DNA of 63,919 bases, the filler included, from Chiloscyllium plagiosum (lineage: Eukaryota): assembly GCF_004010195.1 (NCBI RefSeq). It is 5 parts of one record of this genome, joined end to end, with 100 filler letters (N's around TTAATTAATTAA, not from the genome) between each part and the next. Parts side by side here need not be neighbours in the genome. Positions count along the whole stretch, not along the records: positions 15,178 to 42,676 come from NC_057716.1; 4 more parts are not named here. One strand, 5' to 3'. This document shows positions 25,995 through 38,390 of this stretch, in pieces (position 1 is the stretch's first letter; the number at the start of each line of letters is the position of its first letter). Below the pieces are notes generated by a model that had not been told where the DNA came from, searched no databases, and saw only the letters and a list, made by a program, of their open reading frames with translations. The position numbers and the translations under genes are program-made.

Positions 25995-27605
25995 TTTGCT
26001 GGAGCGTTTTTGTATCCTCTTTGGCCATAGGTGAGGTCCCAGAGGATGGGATAATAGCCAAAGTTGTCATATTGTTTAAGAAGGGTAGCAGGGATAAGCC
26101 TGGAAATTACAGGCCTGTGAAACGCATGGTGGTGGGGAAATTGTTGGAAAAGATTCTCAGGGACAAGATCGAAACACATTTAGACGCAAATAGACTTACT
26201 AGTAATAGACACACAATAGATTGTGTGGAAAAGATTGTGCCTCATGAACTTGATCAAATCTTTTGAGGAGGTGATGAAGATGATTGATGAGGGAAAAGCT
26301 ACTGATGTTGTCTGCATGGAATTCTGCAAAGCCTTTGACAAGGTCTCTCATGGCAGACTGATTCAAAAGGTGAAGTCACATGGTATCAGGGTGAGTTGGA
26401 AAGATGGATACAGAACTGACTCAGTCATAGCAGACAGAGGATAATGTTGGAAGAATGCTTTTCAAAATGGAGGGCTGTGACTAGTGGTGTCCCACAGGAA
26501 TCAGTGCTGGGACCTTTGCTGTGCGTGATCTACATAAATGATTTGGAGGAAAACATAGTTGGTCTAATTAGTAAGTTTGTGGACAATACAAAGATTGGTG
26601 GAGTTGCAGGTAGTGAGGAGGATTGTCAGAGGATACAGCAAGATATAGATCAGCTGGAGGCATGGGCAAAAAAATGGCCAGTGAAGTTTAATCTGGACAA
26701 AAATATGAGGTGATGAATTTTGGAAGTACAGGTAGAAATTATACAGTGAACCCTTAGGAGTATTGATAGGCAGAGAAATCTGGGTGTGCAGGTCCACAGA
26801 TCACTGAAGGTGTCAGCACAGGTAGATAAGGTAGTAAAAAAGGCCTATAGCATGTTTGCCTTCATTGGAAGGAGCAGTGAGTATAAGGATAGACAAGTTA
26901 TGCTGCAGCTTTGTAGAACTTTAGTTAGGCCACACTTGGAATATTGTGTACAGTTATGGTCACTAATTTACCAGTAGTATGTGGATGCTTTGGAGGAGGT
27001 TCAGAAAAGTTTTACCAGGATATTGCCTGGTATGGGGGATTTTAGCTATGAAGAAAGGTTGGATAGACTTGGTTTGTTTCTACTGGAATGCAGTAGGTTG
27101 TGAGGCGACTTATTAGAAGTTTATAAGATTATGACTGAGATAACAAAAAACTGCAGATGCTGGAATCCAAGGGGGACAAGCAGGAGGTTGGAAGAACGCA
27201 GCAAGCCAGGCAGCATCAGGAGGTAGAGGAGTCAATGTTTCGGCTATAACCCATCTTCAGGACTGATTCAAGATTATGAATAGCATGGATAGAGTGTAAA
27301 TAATGAGGGTGGAGGGGTCAATTACTCAGGAACACAGGTTCAAGGTGTGAGGGAGGAAATTTAAAAGGTGTGCAAGGCAAGCTTTTCAAATAAAGGGCAG
27401 TGAGTGCCTGGAACATCCTGCTGGAGGAGGTGGTGGAAGCAAATCCAATAGCAGCATTCACGAAGCAACTGGACAAATGTATGAATAGGAAGAGTGATAC
27501 AGATCCTGTAAGTGAAGACAGTTTTAGTATGGAAGGGCAGAATGTGTCGGTACAGGCCTGGAGGGCTGAAGGGACTAGTTCCTGTGTTGTATTATTCTTG
27601 TTCTC
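25995..27605 (+). mobile_element. CR1 RT to 3' tail
   Basis: KKGSRDKPGNYRPV, KAFDKVSHGRL, SGVPQESVLGP, SKFVDNTKIGG and LVRPHLEYCVQLW. Confidence 0.9.
27135..27269 (-). mobile_element. Short Penelope terminal-repeat insertion with hammerhead motif
   Basis: Minus strand agtc-CTGAAGA-tgggttatagcc-GAAA-catt-gact (perfect 4-bp stem I); 10-bp TSD aagattatga at 27125-27134 and 27270-27279. Confidence 0.8.
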
Positions 27606-27747
27606 TTCCATCTTTTGTTAGTTTCAGTTGAAAGATCAAGATGAGTCCAAACTGGATTCTTTACAAATGGAAACATTGGCAATTGATGTTGAGCTATCAC
27701 TAGCCACTCTTAGAAAATGCTTTTGCATTTTACTTTTCTGTTACCAC

Positions 27748-28070
27748 TAGAATCACAGAATCCCCACAGTGGAGAAAGAGGCCATTTGGTCCTTCAAGTC
27801 CATACTGACCCTCTGAAGAGCATCCCACCCAGACCCACACCATCCCTGTAACCCTGCATTTCCCATGGCTAACCCACATAGCCTGCACACCCCTGGACAC
27901 TATGGGCAATGTAACACAGCCAATCTATCTAACCTGCGCATCCTGTGGGAAGAAACTGGAGCACTTGCAGGAAACCCATACAGACACAGGGAGAACATGC
28001 AACCTCCGTATAGAGGGTGGGCCCCTGGCACTGTAAGGCAGCAATGCAAACTACAGAGCTATCATAGTGC
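27748..28070 (-). mobile_element. HE1-type SINE (diverged)
   Basis: tagaatcccc...ccacccagaccc...ggaaacccatacagacacaggggagaac...ccctggcactgtaaggcagc. Confidence 0.8.
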
Positions 28071-28181
28071 CCCAGATCCAAACCTTAACAACTTCTATCA
28101 TCCTCCTTTTTTCACCTTTGTGTGCCATTTCCTTACTCACATTAAGGAAAATCAAAGTCACCTTCTTGGGGAAGACAATAT

Positions 28182-29529
28182 TGTGATGAAGATGTGGGTG
28201 TACCTTTAAGAGAGTTAGAAGCAGCAGAACTACCGGACACAGCACCAAGAGTTCTCAATAAGGCAACAATGTAACACTGGGTCGAACAACTCAATTAGTT
28301 CATTGCCTGGAGACAAAAACAAATTTGAAAAAGCCAATCAGTTTAAATTATACCTCGAAAAAATGTTAATTTCCAGTCAATTTTAAATTGAATATATTGA
28401 CAATCTTAAAAGCCAGTGACACAATCCGATGCTCTGGGTATAAGACCAGGGAAAATTGAACAGTTGAGAGGAGAACTGCCAAGTCCTAGCGTGTAACAGG
28501 CTGTTTGCAAAAAAAATCTCTCAAAAGTATCTTTTTCATCAATAACCTGTGATGCAGAAATTCCGAACAAGGAGAAAAGAAGACACAGGAAGATTCAAAG
28601 AAAAGAACTTACAGCTGCCTGGTTTTGAGATAAAAAGTGTTGTTTTGTAAATTTTAATTGGGAGTTTTATTGGACCAGTATTATAGAAAGGAAGCCAAAA
28701 GATAGGTTAGACAAAGAAATTGTAAATAGTGGTTGGTTATTTATTCTCTGTTATACTTTAAGAAATAAAGTTGTTAATTTTTACTTGACATAGTTCATGG
28801 CCACTCGAAGTTTTACAGATTACTGCACGGGATAAATCTTTTCTGTGTTGCTGGTTATTACTGCACGGGATAAATCTTTTCTGTGTTGCTGGTTTTAAAT
28901 TAAGCAGGAGAGTTTACCCCAGCATCTCCACCAAACTGTTTCGACGTGGGGTATCTTTTTACTTGACATAGTTCATGGCCACTCGAAGTTTTACAGATTA
29001 CTGCACGGGATAAATCTTTTCTGTGTTGCTGGTTTTAAATTATCAGGAGAGTTTACCCCAGCATCTCCACCAAACTGTTTCGACGTGGGGTATCTTCTTA
29101 TCCCAAAACCAGGCAGCTGTAGGTTCTTCGGATTTTCCTGTGTCTTCTTTTCTCTTTGTTCAGAATCTCTGCGTCATATGTTACTGATCGAAAAGGTACT
29201 TTTAAGAGAGATTCTTTTTTGAAATAATTTGTTACATGCTAGGACTTGGCTGTTCTCCTTTCAACTGTTTAATTTTCCCCTGGTCTTATACCCCAGAGCA
29301 TCAGATAGTGTCAATGGCTTTTAAGATTGTCAATATACTCAATTCAAACTTGATTGGAAATTGGTATTTTTTTTGGGTATATTTTAACCTGATTGGCTGA
29401 ATTCAAATTTGTTTTTGTCTCCAGACAACGAACTAATTGAGTTGTTCGATCCAGTGTTACATTGTTGCCTTATTGAGAACACTTGGTGCTGTGTCCAGTA
29501 GTTCTGCTGCATTTAACTCTCTTCAGTAC
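28182..29529. mobile_element. Rearranged LTR locus: + strand LTR, internal tandem duplications, tRNA-Ala PBS and inverted partial LTR copy
   Basis: TG start at 28182, CCAAT, TATAA near 28439, AATAAA at 28764-28769. 28200-28637 is inverted-homologous to 29094-29529. ccccagcatctccacca occurs at 28917-28933 and 29056-29072. Confidence 0.75.
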
Positions 29530-29974
29530 CCTATGTTTTGTGCTGGTATTGCATAAAGTAAGTGACAGTGAAAGCATGAAAAAGGGAAATTGATACATGT
29601 GACTAAATGATGTTCAATGTCTTGTCACTTTGAAAGAGAGATAACAACCAGGGCATTGATTGCACAAGGAATAGCACAGCTATTTGAAAACACTGATGTG
29701 TCTCAGAGGCTTAGGGCTGGATTTTCGTCTTGATAGCTGATGAGATTGCACATTCCACCCACAACCTTGGCATTTGCCATTCCCATGGGGGCAGGAATGG
29801 GATCAGGTGGATAATTGCACAGAGGCAGCTGGCCATTTCAGTCATCTGGTGAAGTGGGATATTGGCAACTCAGGCATGTGAAATCCAAGGTAGGCAAAGT
29901 GGGTCAGGTAAGGATAGGGCTGAATTTTCTGCTTTTCTTTGAATAACCGTAACATCTGTAACAGTAATAACTGT

Positions 29975-30835
29975 GATGAGGCTGCAGAGGTCCTTCAGCA
30001 TGACCTAGTCAGGTTGGGTAATTAGGCATATCAATGGCAGATGCAGTATAATTTGATTGTAAGATTATTCACTTTGGAAGCAAAAACAAGAGGCAGGTTA
30101 CTACCTGAATAGCTGTAAATTAAGAGAGGGGTGTGTACAGCAGGACCTGGGAATCCTTGTGTCCAAGTCACTGAAGGTGACCATGCAGGTGGTAAAGAAG
30201 GGAAATGGTACGTTGACCTTCATTATGAGACGTTTCGAATACAGGAGGCAGGATGTGTTGTTGCAGTTATACAGGGCCTTGGTGAGGTCGAGACTCTTAT
30301 GTGAAGTTTTGATCTCCTTTTCTTCGGAAGGATGCTCTTGCTCTCTCTCTCTCTCTCTCGAGTGCAGCGAAGGTTTACCAGGCTGATTCCAGGGATGATG
30401 GGACTGACATATGAGGAGAGATTAACTAGCTAGGATTGTTTTTGCTGGAGTTCAGACCAATGAGAGGGGACCTCATAGAGACTTCTAAAATTCTAAGAGG
30501 AGTAGACAGGAGCAGATGCAGAGAGGATGTTCCCAATAGTGGGTATGTGCAGAACCAGGGGTCACAGTCTGATGATTCGAGGTAGACCATTTAGGATGGA
30601 GATGAGGAGACATTTCTTCACCCAAAGCCTGTGGAATTCATTACAACTAGAAGTAGTTGAATGTATTCAAGAGGTGGTTAGATATAGCACTTGGGGCGAA
30701 AGATATCAAAGGTTATGGGGAGAAAGCAGGATTATACTATTGAGTTGGACAATCAGCCATGATCGTGATGAATAGCAGAAGAGGCTTGAAGGGCTGAATG
30801 GCCTTCGTGTGCTCCTTTCTTTCCATGTTTCTATG
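29975..30835 (+). mobile_element. CR1 3' portion
   Basis: DVLLQLYRALVR, RTRGHSLMIRGRPFRMEMRRHFFTQ; typical tail. Confidence 0.88.
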
Positions 30836-30889
30836 ATAGCCAGGGTATTCCATTGTATCTGTTCCTAGTCTATCTTGAAGGAAGATAGG

Positions 30890-31002
30890 TAGAGGTAAGG
30901 AGCTCAGAGTCAAAGGTGTGACACTGGAAAAGCCTAGCACTTCAGGCAGCATCTAAGGAGCAGGGGGGTTGATGCTTCGAACATAAGCTCTTCATCAAGA
31001 AT
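30890..31002 (-). mobile_element. Short Penelope terminal-repeat copy (diverged)
   Basis: ctggaaaagc...caggcagcatc..aggagcagg...ttcgaacataagctcttcatcaagaat. Confidence 0.7.
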
Positions 31003-34000
31003 AGCTCTTTTGTAGAGGTTAGGTGCAATTTGACTAAGTCAGGTACTCTTTGTAATTGTTGCAAATAGACAAAAATATATCAGAAGAGTACATAATCTAA
31101 TTCTTGTCAAGTTCATTAGAAATGTCAATGAAACTATTGAAATCAATTGTCAAAGCAGTTGGAAAAACCACTCAAAGCAATGTTTCAAAAGTGTCACAAG
31201 AACTTGTCAAAAGGACCTAGCCAACATGTCAATAGGATATGGTTAGAGCCTTTATTAAAGCGGGCTGTTAGAAATTCGTGAAGAGGAGTTGTTAAAGGCA
31301 CTTCTCAAGAGGAGCAGTCAAATTGACCTGTCAAAGGGAGTTGTCAGAAGTGTGGTGAGAAGTCCTGTCAAAAAGAGCTGTCAAATTGTCAAACAATTTG
31401 CCTTTAAATCTTTAAAAAGTCTGGAGAGTTAAAAAAAATCTTGATAATTTGCCCTATCTGTTGACATAAACCTCAGGATGGCTTATGGTTACATGTTTGA
31501 TTCCAAAGCCATATTTTCGTCACAGTAGGGTGCTTGTTATTTCTTATTGATTGTTAGCTCCAAGTGGGTATTGGTTCTTTAAATTAGCACTGGGAATTTC
31601 TGCAGCTTTTGTTACAAGGTGTTGTGCATTTGAATGAGTATTCAAAATTATAAGGTTTTATTTAATTGAAGGAGTGTAAGCATATTTAAAGGGTATTTTT
31701 AAATAAAAACATATGAATTATGGAACAGACGTGAGGAATTTATTTTGTAGAATTTCATTTTATCTCATATCTACGTGTGATCTGAGGTCTACCTATGGTA
31801 CAATCAATGTAAGGGAAAAGGCTGATAATTGGTGAGCATGGATTGACATGGACTGCTATGAGGTTGTCTCTCTCTCTATCAGTCCATCATAATGAAGTTG
31901 ATACTTGCTTATGCAAGATCCAGTATGGGGAGTCTTTGAACATGAGAAGGCTGTTGTATTGTAATTATTACATGATTCTGGCTGACCAGGAAACTCTCCT
32001 GCTGTTACCTCTGCCATAGGAATGTTGGAAAGATTTACAGTTTGACACTAAATTGCTTGGCCACCTTATGACAAACTTCTCAATGCTATCAAGTCCTGAA
32101 TTAGGACTTGAACATAGCTTCTGGCCAAGATGTAGGAACATTACCATTGTGCCACCATTCAAGTCTGCTACTAAATTAGCATAATGGATGATAACAGCCA
32201 TGACATTTGGGTGGAGGGGGCAATAATTGGCCTCGAGGGAGAGAGGGGAATAGAGGTGAGTAGGAGCATATATTGGCATGCAGAAAATGAGGGACCATGG
32301 GTTGGCAAGGATAGGCCTTGGGGAGTGTGGCAAAGTTTGGCATGGTTGGGCTCTGGGAGTGAATGGCATACATTGGCATTGTTGGGCCTTGGGGACTGAA
32401 TGTCATGGGTTGGCATGGTTAGGCCTTGGGGAGTGAATGTCATGGGTTAGCATATTTGGGTCAGACATTAGACTTCCGGTCTGTAGGGTGCTGGCTGAGT
32501 TAGAAGTCAGGGCACACAACTCTACATGAACTGAGGACTGTGCCAGACATGGAGTTGGACTGGATGGAATGCTTGTCATGGGGGTACAGAAATGTGTCCA
32601 ATTTAAAACACCACCATCAGCCACCAGCCCTTACTGCTCACCTTGGCACAACATCTATACACTCCCAAGGCCTATCCATGCCAACACATAACCCGTCATG
32701 CTCTATATGCCAATACATGCTCCTACTCACCTTCATAGTCCCCCCACTCAGGAAACAAAATTAAGTTCCTAACTCCTTGTCACTCTTCCAGATGTGATTA
32801 AATCCTCCAAACCACTCACTTATCCATCTCTCTCTCATTTAGCACTGTTGAACACAGTGAACAAATGTTTTGAACGGACTTGCCTTTGGCAGCCTGTATT
32901 GTCCTGTTGAAAATCAACAACACTTCCAAAACATGGATAGCTGTATTCATTATTTCATGCATATTAAAGCTTGCAACACTCATTACAGTAAAAAAAATCT
33001 GTAATCACAACATCAAATATACATAGTTTTGGAAATCAAAACAAGCAGAATGGTAGGATGATAGCTTGGACTGTGCTAGGGACAATCAGCCAATTACAAT
33101 AATCTCTTGCAGTTGTAAAATGGGGCATGATACTGACAGACTGAATCATGACAGTGCGCCTGGAGAATCCAATGATTACAGTATTAAAGATAAGATCTAA
33201 TTTTTGCTAATTTTCTGCAGGTCTAGAATGGATTCCAAGAATGGAATTGCACACACAGTCTGGGTGAGACAAATAATGGATTTGGAACCCATGTATAATA
33301 GATACAGGTTTTGTGGTAGCTGTTTAACTTATGGCATTTATCGCAGGATTATGACTATTGGTTTGGTAACAGCTTAAAAGTCATTGGTTGTACAGGACAA
33401 AGTTAACAAATTTCCCAATTTTACCTCATGATTAATAGAACTGGTCATTAAAGTCACAGACCATAGAGCTGCTTCTACATTAGAGAAATGACTGGTGGCA
33501 AGTTTTAACCTGAGAATCATCATACCTTGGGTCAGGGGTCAGATCACAGAGGGCAGGACCTTCATGCTAACTTCAATAAGTGCAGGGTTTGGGAATTGAT
33601 CCTGTGCTGTTTGGCATCACTTTGCATTGCAAATCAACCATCCAACTGAACCAACTCCCAAATTAATATCAGAGCTCTGTGGTGAACAGCATAGAAATTC
33701 ACTCATAATTCTTTAATTGATATGTTTTCCTTAAATCTCTCATAATTCCTTAACGTACTTGTTTTCCTTAATGCATGATAAAGTACGACAAATAAATTAT
33801 GTGGGATAGCTACGGTGGAAGGATACTTTGCTTCTTTTTATTCATTCTTAGAATGTGAGTGTTGCTAGCTGGGTCAACATTTATTGCTCACTCCTAATTT
33901 CCTGATAGAAGATTTCTTGAATTACTAAGGTTCACAATGCCATTAGGAAGGGAGGTTCAGGATTATGATCCAGTGATAGTGAAGGAATGGTGATATAGTT

Positions 34001-34036
34001 CCAAGTCAGGCTGATGCACGACTCAGAGAGAATGAT

Positions 34037-35220
34037 AAGTCACAGAGTCATAGAGATATACAGCACAGAAACAGATCCTTCAGCCCAACTCGTCCTTGCT
34101 GACCAGATATCCCAATCCAATCTAGTCCCACCTGCCAGCACCTGGCCAATATTCCTCCAAACCCTTCCTATTCATATACCCATTCAGATGCCTTTTAAAT
34201 GTTGCAATTGGACTAGCCTCCACCTGTGGCAGCTCATTCCATATAAGTACCACCCTTGCATGAAAAGGTTGCCCCTTAGGTCTCCTTTATATCTTTCCCC
34301 TCTCACCCTAAACCCATGCTCTCTAGTTCTGGACTCCGCCACTCTAGGGAAAATACTTTGTCTATTTATCCTATCCATGTCCCTCATGATTTTATAAACC
34401 TCTATAAGGTCATCCCTCAGTCTCTGACGCTCCAGGAAAAAAGCGCCAGCCTATTCACCCTCTCCTTATAGCTCAAATCCTCCAACCCTGGCAACATTCT
34501 TGTAAATCTTTTCTGAACCCTTTCAAGTTTCACAACATCCTTCTGATAGGAAGGAGACCAGAATTGCACATAATATTCCAAAAGTGGCCTAACCAATGTC
34601 CTGTACATCCGCACCATGACCTCCCAACTCCTGGATTCAATACTCTGACCAATAAAGGTCACGATCCTATCTACCTGCGACTCCACTTTCAAGGAGTTAT
34701 GAACTTGCACTCCAAGGTCTCTTTGTCCAGCAACACTCTCTAGGACCTTACCATTAAGTGTATAACCCCTGCTAAGATTTGCTTTCCCAAAATCTAGCAC
34801 CTGACATTTATCTAAATTAAACTCCATCTGCCACTTTTTAGCCCATTGGCCCATCTGATCAAGATCCCATTGTAATCTAAAATAACCTTCTTCCCTGTCC
34901 ACGACACATCCAATTTTAGTGTCATCTGCAAACTTACTAACTATACTTCTTATGCTCGCATCCAAATCATTTATATAAATGAAGAAAAGTAGCGGACCCA
35001 GCACTGGTCACAGGCCTCCAGTCTGAAAAACAACCCTCCGCCGCTACCCTCTACTTTTGAGCCAATTCTGTATCTAAATGGCTGGTTCTCCCTGTATTCC
35101 ATGAGATCTAACCTTGCTGACAAGTCTCCCATGGGGAACCTTGTCAAATCTTTACTGAAGTCCATATAGATCATGTCCATCGCTTTGCCCTCATCAATCC
35201 TCTTTGATACTTCTTCAAAA
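34037..35220 (-). mobile_element. CR1 RT to 3' tail
   Basis: 195-aa minus ORF LGPLLFFIYINDLD...SKFADDTKIG...LVRPLLEYYVQFWSP. Confidence 0.92.
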
Positions 35221-35223
35221 AAA

Positions 35224-35971
35224 CTATGATTTAGATATAAAATTGTTTGCTTTAATGTTTTAGACTTTTCATTAATATCATGTGGGTTTTGGTTTGCGTG
35301 TATGAAGTAGTTTGGCAATTAATGTGTTAGTATTCCTGGAGCAATCATTTGAAATCAGTATGTGTCAGTGAGCAGGTGACTGGGTTAGCAGGCCCTCATG
35401 GAGTGATAATTGGTATTTGCTGGTATAGAATCGTAGAATCCCTATAGTGTGGAATCAGGCACTTCGGCCCAACAAGTCCGCACCGACCTTCCAAAGAGTA
35501 ACCCATCCAGACCCATTCCCGTCCCCTATAATCCTATATTTACCCCTGACTAATGCATCTATCCTACACATCCCTGTCCACTATGGACATTTTGGCATGG
35601 ACAATTCGGCTAACCTGCACATCTTTGGGGATCATGAGTTTTACACTTGGAGAGAGAAAACACTGAAAACATTGCTTGCTTTTGGTTTAGAAACTCAATG
35701 ATTGATTTTTGCTTCGGAGAACTCGGACCTTGGAATGTTTAGTCAATAGTAAACCTGGTTGGGGTCAGATGCAAGAAGGGTTTCTCATGAGAATGGAGTT
35801 TGTTCAGAATGGCTAGGAAATACACCTCAATGTAAAGGTCTTAGCTTGAAAATTTGAGTCCAGAAGTGTGTGCTTAGGTTTCAGAGAAAGACCACTATGT
35901 TAAATAAAAAATGTGACATATCAAACCAGGGTCTGACTTGTCCAATGGTAATATCAGTTGGGGTCATAACA
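35224..35971 (+). mobile_element. Possible solo LTR with a nested partial SINE (35426-35628, - strand)
   Basis: AATAAA near 35903 and a ...ggggtcataaca end. The nested SINE is clear; the LTR call is tentative. Confidence 0.35.
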
Positions 35972-36559
35972 AAGTTATAGAGCCATAAAGATCTACAGTG
36001 CAGAAAAAGGCCACTTGGACCATGTCTGTGCCAGTCAAAAACAACCAGTTAACTATTGAAATCCCACTTTCCAACACTTTGACCATGCAGCCTTGGCATT
36101 GGATGTGCACATCTAAAGGAACTAGCAAATGGTAATGTTCCTACTCATCTGCTGCCCTTGGCTTTCTTTGTGGTAGTGGTCACAGGTTTAGGAGGTGTTG
36201 TCAAAGAGAGTGGGGTTAGAAGAAGGAAAAGGATTCTGTTGGGGGCTGTGGCGGTGTAAAGAAAGAATGACAAAAGGTGACAAAACAGATAGCGAGAGGT
36301 ACAAAAAGCATGGACTGAAAAAAACTTACAAGGTATAAAAGAAAACAACATCAGATTGGGAAAAAGTGGGCCATTAGAAGCAATGTGGGCCTCCCAGGGA
36401 CTGACATAAATCAGAATATCGGAACAAGAATAGACCATTCAGCCCCTCAAACCAGTTCTGCCATTCAACGAGATCATAGCTGATTTGTGGCCTAATTGCC
36501 TTGGCCTATATCTCTTAAATACCTTTCCTTAACAAAAATCTATCCCTGTCAGATTTAAA

Positions 36560-36662
36560 TGAGTCTAGATTAGAGTGATGCTGGAAAAGCACAGCAGGTC
36601 AGGCAGCATCCAAGGAGCAGGAAAAGTGACATTTCGGGCAAAAGCCCTTCATCAAGAATAGA
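36560..36662 (-). mobile_element. Short Penelope terminal-repeat copy
   Basis: gctggaaaagcacagcaggtcaggcagcatcc...gacatttcgggcaaaagcccttcatcaagaat. Confidence 0.82.
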
Positions 36663-36904
36663 GGACAGTGTAAATGAAAATAAAGAATGGAAAGTATGTT
36701 AAATAATGATTGTATACAATTTACAGTTGAGAAACAAGAGAGCATGCTGCACATCCGAGGAAATCAGTTTTGACTCAAGGTCATAATCCTACCAAATATA
36801 ATGTACATAAAGTAACAGTATTTTAAAAAGTAATAGCATTAAATAATGACAAACTCAAAGTGGCAGATGGTTTGTATCTAAGTATTTGAGAGGAGGTGCT
36901 AAAG

Positions 36905-37325
36905 AAGTTGAGCACCATCCAGGAAAAAAGCAGCCTTCTTGTTCTGCACACTATCTATCACCTTCAATATTTGCTCCCTCCACAGGGCACCAGTGAACAC
37001 CATCTATATAACGCACTGTAGCAACTCACTTCCTTTGACACCATTTTCCAAACTAGTGACCTCTACCAACTAGAAGGACAAAGGCTGCAGCTACAAGGGC
37101 ACATTGCCTGTATATTTCTTTCCAAGCTTGTCTTGACGTGAAACTGTATCACTGGAACTTTCGCTTGCAGGGTCAAAATCCTGGAACTCCCTCTCTAACA
37201 GCAATGTGGGTGTGCTCACACATGGACGACACTAATTCAAGCAGGCAGCTCATTACCATCTGCAGGACAATTATTCATGGGCAACATGCTGACCTACCCA
37301 GCGAGCCCAGATACCATGAATGAAT
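36905..37325 (+). mobile_element. L2-like LINE 3' end
   Basis: caccatccagg..aaagcagcc...gggtcaaaatcctggaactccctc...ttcaagcaggcagctca...atgctgacctacccagcga tail; similar to 44615-45200. Confidence 0.6.
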
Positions 37326-38044
37326 TTTGAAAAAGGTGCAAGCATCGCAAATATCCCCAACTCTGAGATTCTAAAATTATCATAATTCAGCCAACATTTC
37401 CTTAGATTAAAAAGTCTATTTTCAACCATTGTTTGAAAAAAAGAGAGAAAGAGGAGATGGAGAATCATAGACCAGCTAGCCTGACATTTGTTGTTGGGAA
37501 GTTAAAGTATATAATTAATGATAGAGTGCCTGAACACCTTCAAAATCAGAGTGCCAGAATGGATTTGTAAAACATGATGCATGATAAACTTTAAATTTTT
37601 TTTTGGAGGAGGTAACTGAAGTTGTGTTCAGGGCAATTGATAAAATCCTCTATAAACAGCTTTAAGCTAAAGCTGATGTCGACAGAATTGAAGAAAAATG
37701 ATTAACCTGACTAGGTGATTGACAACACAATAGGAGTCAGGGAGTACAATAGGCAGATACTATAGTTTCATAGAACATGCTGTCTCACAGCGATCTGTAC
37801 TGGGGCCTTAACAATTCACTATATTTATTAGCAATTTTGATGATGGGTGGGAAAGCCCAATATTCAAGTTTGCCAAAGACACAAAGATATGCAGCATTGT
37901 AAAGATTGCTGCTCAGATGTCTGGGTTATGATGTGAATCCATGATCTTCTCACTCCTGGAATTCTACCACTGAGCTATGCACAGCACCTCGAAATAAGGA
38001 GAAAGTCTCCCCTATCTGTGAAATGCAAAGATCTTGCATTTTTG

Positions 38045-38390
38045 TATTCATCATGGGATGTGGACTGCTGGCTAAGCCAGCATTTGTTACCCATGTCTAA
38101 TTGCCCAGAGGATATTTAATAGTCAACCACATTGCTGTGGGTCTGGAGATACATGTAGTCCAGACCAGGTGAGGATGGTGGTTTCCTTCCCTAAAGGTGA
38201 ACCAGATGAGCCTTTTGGACAATCAACAATGGATTCATGGTCATTGTTAAGACCTTTAATTCCAGATTCTTTTATTGAATTCAAACTCCACTAGCTGCCA
38301 TGGCAGGATTTGAACCAGTATCCCCGGATCATTAGCTGAGTTTCTGGCTTGATTGTCTCTCAATAATAGCATCAGGCCATTGCCTCTCCA
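38045..38390 (-). mobile_element. Second SINE family (L2-like tail)
   Basis: Reverse complement of the family at 16795-17075 and 49285-49605. Confidence 0.7.

Noticed and set aside
28917..28933. tRNA-Ala gene or pseudogene
   Set aside because: Only the 3'-terminal 17 nt including CCA are present, next to an LTR end; better explained as a PBS.
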